From: Moraxella nasovis
Lineage (GTDB): Bacteria; Pseudomonadota; Gammaproteobacteria; Pseudomonadales; Moraxellaceae
Direction: 5' to 3'
DNA: 32,000 bases
NCBI RefSeq assembly: GCF_022701215.1
Contig: NZ_CP089976.1
Coordinates: 1,200,001-1,232,000, forward strand
Shown here: piece after piece, positions 15,575-22,631 of the stretch
How the letters are laid out: every line of letters begins with the position of its first letter
How positions within the stretch are numbered: the stretch's first letter is position 1
Notes under the pieces: generated by a model
Database searches by the model: none
What the model saw: only the letters and a program-made list of their open reading frames with translations
Told to the model about the DNA's origin: nothing
Translations under genes and position numbers: made by a program

Positions 15575-16873
15575 TCAGCCCGCCATCTCACGCCCTGCAT
15601 ATTCACGAGCTGCCCATACCGCTATCAGGGAAATTACCCCCATAAAGATGATATAAGCAACAATCGGCATATACGAATTATCAAAGGTTTTGAGTAGCCA
15701 CAATGCCACCATCGGCGCTGTACCGCCAGCCAGTGCCGCCCCGATTTGATAGCCAAGCGTGATGCCTGTATAGCGGACGTTGCTTTTAAAAATCTCTGAA
15801 AACATTGTCCCAAGCACCGCCGTGATGGGCGTCCATACAATACCAAGCCCAATGATGGTGGCGATATTCAGCCAAAGCACCGAACCTGTATTTAGCATCC
15901 AAAAATACGGCAGGGCATATAGCATAAGCAGTACCACACCGCCAATATATACCGTTTTTCGTCCAATTTTATCAGACAATGCCCCCATCACAGGAATCAA
16001 AAAGGTGGTAATCAGCGTGGCGATCGTAACAGCATTTAATACTTGACTACGCTCAAAGGTCAAAACCTGCGTGGCATAATACATAATGAAGGTAAACATG
16101 ATATAAAATGGACCTGTCTCTACGCATTTTGCACCGATGGCAATCAGCACTTCTTTTTTGTGGGTGCGTAATGTCTCAAACAGCGGTACAGCAACGACTT
16201 TGCCTTCTTGTTGGTTTTTCTTAAAGGCAGGGGTTTCATCAATACCTTTTCGTATCCATAATCCCAAAAACACAAGCAACGCACTACCCACAAACGGCAC
16301 ACGCCAGCCCCACGACATAAAATCTTCTTCAGGTAGCATGGTCATTACCGTCAAGGCAAGCGTGGCAAGTAGCACACCTAAGGTTACGCCCATCTGTGGC
16401 ACCGCCCCAAACAGCCCCCGCTTATCTTTGGGGGCGTATTCTACTGCAAGGAGCATCGCTCCGCCCCATTCACCACCAATCCCAAGTCCCTGAATGAGCC
16501 TTAATAGCACCATTAAAATTGGTGCGGCAATACCAATGGCTTGATAGGTTGGCAATAGTCCCATTAGCACCGTCGCTCCACCCATCAAGGCAAGTGTCAA
16601 GACAAGCGTCTTTTTGCGACCGATTTTATCGCCAATATGACTAAAAAATATCCCGCCAAAAGGTCTGATAAAAAACGACAGCCCAAAGGACATAAAGGCA
16701 AGCATGGTGCCGACGGTAGGGTCTTCGGCTGGAAAGTACAGCTGATTAAAAATCAGTGCCGCCACCGTGCCATACAAAAAATAATCAAACCACTCAATAG
16801 AGCTACCAATCAGACTTGCCAAAAGCACCCGAGTGGAGACTTTTTTGTCTTCTATTACATGAGTATTTTCCAT
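15575..16873 (-). CDS. MFS transporter, metabolite:H+ symporter (ProP/KgtP/ShiA-like) subfamily
   Basis: 432 aa with 12 predicted TM segments. ..SSIEWFDYFLYGTVAALIFNQLYF.. and ..GDKIGRKKTL.. motifs are typical of the MHS subfamily. GGGAG is upstream. Confidence 0.85.
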   Translation of the reverse strand: MENTHVIEDKKVSTRVLLASLIGSSIEWFDYFLYGTVAALIFNQLYFPAEDPTVGTMLAFMSFGLSFFIRPFGGIFFSHIGDKIGRKKTLVLTLALMGGATVLMGLLPTYQAIGIAAPILMVLLRLIQGLGIGGEWGGAMLLAVEYAPKDKRGLFGAVPQMGVTLGVLLATLALTVMTMLPEEDFMSWGWRVPFVGSALLVFLGLWIRKGIDETPAFKKNQQEGKVVAVPLFETLRTHKKEVLIAIGAKCVETGPFYIMFTFIMYYATQVLTFERSQVLNAVTIATLITTFLIPVMGALSDKIGRKTVYIGGVVLLMLYALPYFWMLNTGSVLWLNIATIIGLGIVWTPITAVLGTMFSEIFKSNVRYTGITLGYQIGAALAGGTAPMVALWLLKTFDNSYMPIVAYIIFMGVISLIAVWAAREYAGREMAG

Positions 16874-16982
16874 AACTACTCCCTATCCGTGAATGTGTGT
16901 GAAGTAAAAACCCATCTGTCCCAATCAACTTCCCAACTTGTCATCAGGTCAAACCTACCATCAATGTAGAATTTTTCTAATA

Positions 16983-17029
16983 AAATTGCAAAAGAATCAA
17001 AATTATGATGGCATTCCATTTAGGAATGG
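16983..17029 (-). promoter_or_regulatory. 46-nt conserved operator (copy B) upstream of the MFS gene
   Basis: aaattgcaaaagaatcaaaattatgatggcattccatttaggaatgg carries the same CATTC-N7-GAATG dyad. It lies 110-156 nt upstream of the ATG at 16873. Confidence 0.55.
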
Positions 17030-17096
17030 AGAAGAAAACTTAAAATATGGTCAATTAAAATTAGAATGATACAGTATTATTTGCACATGAATGAAC

Positions 17097-17161
17097 GTAG
17101 GGGCGTATTGCATACGTCCAATAAGCTGCGGCTTGCAAAGACCTATGCAGCACGCCCCTAC
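17097..17161. repeat. REP/MITE-like extragenic palindromic element
   Basis: Terminal inverted repeats gtaggggcgt / acgcccctac extend to imperfect arms of about 22 nt (gtaggggcgtattgcatacgtc vs gacctatgcagcacgcccctac). A 14-nt solo match (aatacgcccctacg) occurs at 19863-19876. Confidence 0.5.
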
Positions 17162-17381
17162 AACTGTTTCATTTTTTATTTGGCAAGTAGTTCAAAAAGT
17201 ATACTACTTAGGTTTTCCATTCGCCCTGAGCTATGCCTGCGGGTAGGAAAACCGTTATAGGCAGACAAGCTCACCACGAACGGTTTTCTTATCATCATAC
17301 TTTTCAAACCACAGTCTTTTATTTTAATTCACCATAGTTGTTGGAGTATGTCAGTATTTAAAATGTTTATTTTTTCAATAT

Positions 17382-17408
17382 AAAAACACCCCAATCTAGG
17401 GTGTTTTT
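17382..17408 (-). terminator. Bidirectional rho-independent terminator after the OCD-family gene
   Basis: aaaaacaccc-caatcta-gggtgttttt, with A/T runs on both sides. Confidence 0.7.
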
Positions 17409-17427
17409 ATGTAGCAAGTGACTACAT

Positions 17428-18369
17428 TTATTGATTTAATGTGTTATACGCCAAATTCGCCGCCGCCAAATCTTCAAGCCCTGTGCCAACTGATTTAAAA
17501 ACAGTAATTTCATCATCGCTGACACGCCCTGTATGCTTGCCGTGACATAGGTCATATAGCGTGGCTTTAACCTTGTCTTTGGTAAATTGCCCTTCGTCAA
17601 TGGCAGACAAAACATCCCCTGCCTTTAACAGAGCTTCATCGGTATCTATAAAGACACTGGTATCATAAAAACACGCCCCATCAGTTTCACGCATGTGCGG
17701 GGTAAAGCTACCGATTAAATCTAGGTGCTGACCTGCCCTTAGCCACTCACGCAAAATCAGGGGCTGTGTGGAGAGCGTAGCACAGCTTATAATATCCGCC
17801 TGCTCTACTGCCCTTTGTAAATCACTGACAATGTGCGTTTTAAAGCCGTCTTGGGCGAGCTTGTCCGCCAATTTTTGGGCGTTGGTGGGCGTGGGATTAT
17901 AGATACTCACGGTGTCAATAGGGCGTACCGCACGGTACATCTCAGGGATAAGATTACCCACCTGCCCTGCTCCTACCACCAAAAGATGATGGCTATCGGC
18001 ACGGCTCAAATACCGCCCTGCCAAGGCAGATGCTGCTACTGTCCTTCTTGATGTGATGACATTACCATCAAACATCGCCATCGGCACGCCTGTCGTGGCA
18101 TCATACAGAATATAGACCGAGTGTAGCCCTGCTAGCCCCTTTTGGTTGTTATTAGGGAAAATAGAGACTGTTTTTAGCCCTAGGCGTTTGCCCACTTGCC
18201 ACGCTGGCATCAGCAAAAATCTGCCAATCTCATCGCCTGCCTCATTAGCAATAGGGTGCTGATGACGAAGTGGCACTTCTACCCCCTCAACAAAAAACTT
18301 ATGAATGCTGTCAATGAGCCTATCAGCTGGCAGGGCGGTGATAGTGTCGTGGGTGTCGTAGTGTTTCAT
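17428..18369 (-). CDS. Ornithine cyclodeaminase / mu-crystallin family enzyme (candidate lysine cyclodeaminase or piperideine-2-carboxylate reductase)
   Basis: 313 aa with the Rossmann motif LLVVGAGQVG and family-typical length. AAGGAG is upstream. The specific reaction is inferred from context. Confidence 0.8.
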   Translation of the reverse strand: MKHYDTHDTITALPADRLIDSIHKFFVEGVEVPLRHQHPIANEAGDEIGRFLLMPAWQVGKRLGLKTVSIFPNNNQKGLAGLHSVYILYDATTGVPMAMFDGNVITSRRTVAASALAGRYLSRADSHHLLVVGAGQVGNLIPEMYRAVRPIDTVSIYNPTPTNAQKLADKLAQDGFKTHIVSDLQRAVEQADIISCATLSTQPLILREWLRAGQHLDLIGSFTPHMRETDGACFYDTSVFIDTDEALLKAGDVLSAIDEGQFTKDKVKATLYDLCHGKHTGRVSDDEITVFKSVGTGLEDLAAANLAYNTLNQ

Positions 18370-18415
18370 AAAAGCTCCTTAAATTAAGAATTATCCTTAT
18401 TTTGCCAAATGAATG

Positions 18416-19831
18416 TCATGAGTTCAAGCCAAGCTCTATCAAGGCATCATCTAGCGACTTATCCATCATCGCTTGATATAGCACACATTCATCCAGGACA
18501 GTCGCCCCCAAAGCATCTTCAAACACCGCTTGGCTAGATTGTCTTTCATAACCTGACTTAGTCTTATCTTGGGCATTGTCGCCCAAATTAGACTGAAAAA
18601 TCCCTGCTGCCGACACAGGTAAAAAGTCTTCATAGACAATCGGTTCAAGTCGCAAAATACCTTGTTTGACCAGCTCTTTTGGGTCATTGCTTGTGGCTGA
18701 TTTTGATTTATCATTTATTTGGCTTTCGTTAATTTGATAATAAAAGTAGCCCAAGCTCTGCTCATAAATTTCTTGATAATCATCAGGAAACGCCCGAAAG
18801 CTGTCCGCCAACGCCTGATAATAAGCGTCAGGGTCTTTTTCTGGGGTGGTGGCAAGATTGGCTCTTGTCTTGTTTAGCAGCTCGTCATAGAGCTTACGCC
18901 CTTTGGGGGTTAGGGCAATGCCACGCTGTTCAATCTCGCCAAAACGGGCAGTGTGATTGCCTTGTGTGAGCGTGCCATCAGCATTTGTAAAGGCAATCGG
19001 CTCATTTAACGCCTTAAAGCTCGTCTGACGAAGTAGTATCGGACAGCTACGACGTGGCGGACCTTCGATGATTTCTTTGGGATCAATGCCACGCTCACTC
19101 ATGCCTGTTTGCACCTTGTCAATATCCAGCGTGCGTGGGGTTAGGTGGTTGATGTGTGGTCCATAAAAGCCGACAATATCGGCCATCAAGCGGTGCTGAT
19201 TGTGCAGTTTATCATACAGCTCTTTGCTGATGGGCGATGTGGTGTGCCATTTAAAGGTCTTGGTGGCTTCTATCACAAATTCATCGCTGTCTGCCTTGTT
19301 AAGTCCGCCTTGGCTTTCAGACTTTTGGATAAGCTCAATGACCCTTGGCGTAAAAATTTGGCGTTTGTTTAGGGTGTCTATCGCTTGCTGTCGTAGCTTG
19401 TCATCATCAATGAGTTCAAGACGCAAGAGTGAGCAAAACACCCGAAACGGACTTTTTTGCAGGCCATCACTATCGGTTGTCCGAAACGCCGTAGAATGCA
19501 CAGGCACGCCAGCAGGGGTTAGGTCATAGTAGCCCACAGGACTCATGCCCATGACAGAAAATAGCCGTCTCATCATATTAAGCTCGCTTGGTAGCCCCAA
19601 GCGTATCGCTCCGTGGCGTTCTAGGTCAATACGGTCAAGCTCGCCTGTGTTGGCTAGGTGCTGTTTTAGGGTAGGGTCTTTGTCAAGGGCAGACTTGTTC
19701 ACGTCCGCCACCAAGTCCATCAACTCCTTATAAAGTGGCACTTCGCTCTGATACATCTTGGACATGGCAAGCGAAAAGGCGTGGCGAATGCTGTCTTTGT
19801 CTTGAAATTGGCTTTGGGTAAATTGGCTCAT
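18416..19831 (-). CDS. hglS: DUF1338 / YdcJ-HglS family 2-oxoadipate dioxygenase/decarboxylase (2-oxoadipate -> D-2-hydroxyglutarate)
   Basis: 471 aa. ..MYQSEVPLYKELMDLVADVN..ERHGAIRLG..GVPVHSTAFR..PFRVFCSLLRLELI..HINHLTPRTLDID..GPPRRSCPILLRQTSFKAL..HTARFGEIEQRGIALTPKGR..YEDFLPVSAAGIFQSNLG.. is colinear with E. coli YdcJ as I recall it. Confidence 0.9.
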   Translation of the reverse strand: MSQFTQSQFQDKDSIRHAFSLAMSKMYQSEVPLYKELMDLVADVNKSALDKDPTLKQHLANTGELDRIDLERHGAIRLGLPSELNMMRRLFSVMGMSPVGYYDLTPAGVPVHSTAFRTTDSDGLQKSPFRVFCSLLRLELIDDDKLRQQAIDTLNKRQIFTPRVIELIQKSESQGGLNKADSDEFVIEATKTFKWHTTSPISKELYDKLHNQHRLMADIVGFYGPHINHLTPRTLDIDKVQTGMSERGIDPKEIIEGPPRRSCPILLRQTSFKALNEPIAFTNADGTLTQGNHTARFGEIEQRGIALTPKGRKLYDELLNKTRANLATTPEKDPDAYYQALADSFRAFPDDYQEIYEQSLGYFYYQINESQINDKSKSATSNDPKELVKQGILRLEPIVYEDFLPVSAAGIFQSNLGDNAQDKTKSGYERQSSQAVFEDALGATVLDECVLYQAMMDKSLDDALIELGLNS

Positions 19832-19910
19832 AATATTTCCTTACATTGGCTAACTGGGTGTAAATACGCCCCTACGGTGCGTTTAATGACAATTTTAAAC
19901 AACAATATCT

Positions 19911-21185
19911 TTAAGCAACAATATCATTTGGGTCATCGGGCAAACTTGCCAAGACTTCTTTTAAAATCGCTAAACCTTGATTTAACGTATCTTTATCAAT
20001 GTTAATGGGTGGCAATAAGCGGATAATGTGGCGGTATTTGCCGCTTGGCATGAGCAGTAAGCCCTTTTCACGGGCTACTTTTAAGATATAATTCATCACG
20101 TTGGCGTGCGTGCCGTGCTTGGCGTGCGATAAGCGAATGCCACGCATTGCCCCAATGCCTGTCAAGCCATCAAGCCAAGGCAATATTTGCTGTTTTTGCC
20201 ATAGGGCGATGGTGTCGGTCAAGGTGTTTTCGTAGTCTTTGGCGGCTTGCCATGTACCATCGTCCGCCATGATGTCTAGCACGGCAAGGGCGGCAGCACA
20301 CGCCACAGGGTTGCCTGAGTATGTCCCACCAAGGCTGCCCTTAATAAGTCCATTCACAAGGCTTGCTCGCCCAACGACCGCCCCCAAAGGCAATCCGCCA
20401 CCCATGCTTTTGGCAAAGAGTATCAAATCAGGTTCAATGTCTGTAAAACTGGTAGCAAACGGCACACCGCACCGCCCAAAACCTGACTGTATCTCATCAA
20501 ATATCAAGATAATGCCATGCTTATCACAAAATGCTCGCAAGTATTTGGCAAAGTCTTTATCCAACGCCAAAAATCCACCTTCGCCCTGTACAGGCTCTAT
20601 GATGACCGCCCCAATGCTACTTACGTCCACTTCTACGCTAATAAGGCGTTCTAGGGCAAGGATAGCGTCATCACAGCTTACGCCTGTATCAGTACTTGGG
20701 TAAGGGATATGATACACGCCAGCCGATAATGTGCCTAAGGCGGATTTGTAGGGGGCGACTTTGCCATTTAGATTCACCGCCGCAAGTGTTCTGCCGTGAA
20801 ATGCCCCATCAAAGGCGATGACCCCTGCTCGTCCTGTCTTTTGGCGGACGATTTTTAGGGCATTTTCACAGCTTTCTGCCCCAGAGTTGGTGAGCATACC
20901 CGCCACATCGCCTGTAATGGGGGTGATACTGCACAGGCGTGGCATATAGTCTTGATAGGGCTTGTGATGGACGGCATTATAAGCATAATGGGTCATTTTG
21001 TCGGTCTGCTCATGAATGGCGGAGACGATGGCAGGGTGGCAATGCCCAAAATTAAGCACGCCAATCCCCCCAACAAAATCAATATACTCCCTGCCATCGC
21101 TATCCCACACCCTTGCCCCTGCCCCACGTTCAAGCGTGATGGGGTGGACAACGGTAAATGCGTCTGTTACGTTGTGATTGCTCAT
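19911..21185 (-). CDS. Class III PLP aminotransferase (GabT/DavT-like; candidate 2-aminoadipate:2-oxoglutarate aminotransferase)
   Basis: 424 aa. ..DFVGGIGVLNFGHCHP..NSGAES.ENALK..DEIQSGFGR.G..FAKSMGGGLPLGA (PLP lysine)..TYSGNP. It starts 3 nt after the transporter stop. Confidence 0.85.
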   Translation of the reverse strand: MSNHNVTDAFTVVHPITLERGAGARVWDSDGREYIDFVGGIGVLNFGHCHPAIVSAIHEQTDKMTHYAYNAVHHKPYQDYMPRLCSITPITGDVAGMLTNSGAESCENALKIVRQKTGRAGVIAFDGAFHGRTLAAVNLNGKVAPYKSALGTLSAGVYHIPYPSTDTGVSCDDAILALERLISVEVDVSSIGAVIIEPVQGEGGFLALDKDFAKYLRAFCDKHGIILIFDEIQSGFGRCGVPFATSFTDIEPDLILFAKSMGGGLPLGAVVGRASLVNGLIKGSLGGTYSGNPVACAAALAVLDIMADDGTWQAAKDYENTLTDTIALWQKQQILPWLDGLTGIGAMRGIRLSHAKHGTHANVMNYILKVAREKGLLLMPSGKYRHIIRLLPPINIDKDTLNQGLAILKEVLASLPDDPNDIVA

Positions 21186-21188
21186 TTT

Positions 21189-22445
21189 TTATCCTTTATG
21201 AAGTTGATTTAACAATTTTTTCTCTTGCCATTTTTCGGTTTGGTCCACAATCTTGGCACTGACCAAATCGCCTGTGACATTGCCACAAGTAAAAATCATA
21301 TCCACCAGCACATTTATCCCTGCGGTTAAGGCTACAATTTCAATCGGCAGACCTGCCTGCGTAAAGACAATAGACATCGCAATCAGCCCTGTCCCTGGTA
21401 CGCCAGCAATCCCCACCGCTGTCACTGTCCCCACAATCACAATGCTGGCAAGCTCTGGCACAGACAGGCTCACGCCAACAATTTCAGCAGCAAAAATCAC
21501 CGCCACACCCAAACGCAATGCCGTGCCATTCATGTTCATTGTTGCTCCAATTGGCAAGGTCAGCCGTGCCACACGCTCGCTAATACCTGCCCTTTCGGCA
21601 GCCTTGATGCTAATTGGCAAGGTGCTAAGACTACTGCTGGTAACAAAGGATGTAAATATCGCTTCTTTGATGTCTTTATAAAACTTTACCACCTTAACCC
21701 CAAAAGACTTCATGATAAGCGGATACACCACCACCAAAAGGATAATTACGCCAGCATAAGACGTGCCGATAAATTTACCCAGTGACACAACCGTCTCCAA
21801 ACCCTGAGAACCAAAGGTATTGGCGGTAATCCCAAACACGCCAATGGGAGCATATTGCAAAATACCATTTAAAATTTTGGTAACGACTTCATTGCCCGCT
21901 TCCATGATTTTGTATAGAAGTTCGCCCATTTCCTGCTGTTTTAAATCGGCAGAATGTCGCATAATCAAAATGGCAAGCCCAACAATGACTGACACCGACA
22001 CCACCGCCAAAATATCGCCTGCCGCCAATGCACTAAAAATATTGCTTGGCACCATTCTAAGTATCGTATCTATAAATGACGGCTTGTCAGGTGGATTGAC
22101 ATTGGCATCTGTGGGCAAAGATAAGCCTTCGCCAGGGTTTGTCCATGTAGCCAGTGCGATTCCAACCACCACAGAGACAGCCGTGGTAATCATATAAAGC
22201 GGAAAGATTTTTAGACCGATACGCCCAAGGTCTTTGGGATTTGAGTGATTGACTGCCACAATGAGTGATAACGCCACCAAAGGAATGACAATCATCTTGA
22301 GTAAATTTAAAAACAATGTGCCAAGCGGTGTAAGTAGGCTACTGTGCTCCTTTAAAAGTAGCCCAGCCACAACCCCTAGTGCAAATCCTGCCGTCATTTT
22401 TAGCATAAATGACTTATTGGCATACCAACGCCATAATTTTTCCAT
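21189..22445 (-). CDS. Dicarboxylate/amino acid:cation symporter (DAACS family)
   Basis: About 418 aa from the ATG at 22445 (AAGGA 7 nt upstream; the ORF-track start at 22472 lacks an RBS). The DAACS pattern is typical, including ..LKMIVIPLV..SSSLSTLPI..PIGATMNMNGTA.. Confidence 0.85.
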   Translation of the reverse strand: MEKLWRWYANKSFMLKMTAGFALGVVAGLLLKEHSSLLTPLGTLFLNLLKMIVIPLVALSLIVAVNHSNPKDLGRIGLKIFPLYMITTAVSVVVGIALATWTNPGEGLSLPTDANVNPPDKPSFIDTILRMVPSNIFSALAAGDILAVVSVSVIVGLAILIMRHSADLKQQEMGELLYKIMEAGNEVVTKILNGILQYAPIGVFGITANTFGSQGLETVVSLGKFIGTSYAGVIILLVVVYPLIMKSFGVKVVKFYKDIKEAIFTSFVTSSSLSTLPISIKAAERAGISERVARLTLPIGATMNMNGTALRLGVAVIFAAEIVGVSLSVPELASIVIVGTVTAVGIAGVPGTGLIAMSIVFTQAGLPIEIVALTAGINVLVDMIFTCGNVTGDLVSAKIVDQTEKWQEKKLLNQLHKG

Positions 22446-22555
22446 AAATATTCCTTGAAACAGTCCTTGCAATTACCTATCGGTCTTGTTCAATTTTGAG
22501 ACCATGGCGTTATTTTTGACGTTTTTGGATAAATAAGCAAACGAAATTTTGAAGC

Positions 22556-22582
22556 ATAGCCATTCTAAAAAGGAATGGCTAT
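22556..22582 (-). promoter_or_regulatory. Perfect 10-7-10 palindrome ATAGCCATTC-N7-GAATGGCTAT (LysR-type T-N11-A box, copy C) between lysR and the transporter gene
   Basis: Read directly. It shares the CATTC-N7-GAATG core with copies A and B and lies 111-137 nt upstream of the ATG at 22445. Confidence 0.6.
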
Positions 22583-22631
22583 AAAAAGAGTGGCTAAAAG
22601 AGTAGTAAGAAAAACGTGAATTGGGTAAATT

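Noticed and set aside
17066-17260. 64-aa plus-strand ORF (..ERRGVLHTSNKLRLAKTYAARPYN..) in the long intergenic gap
   Set aside because: It reads straight through both arms of the REP-like palindrome, so its sequence is dictated by the repeat. There is no RBS. It is more likely an artefact of the repeat element than a gene.
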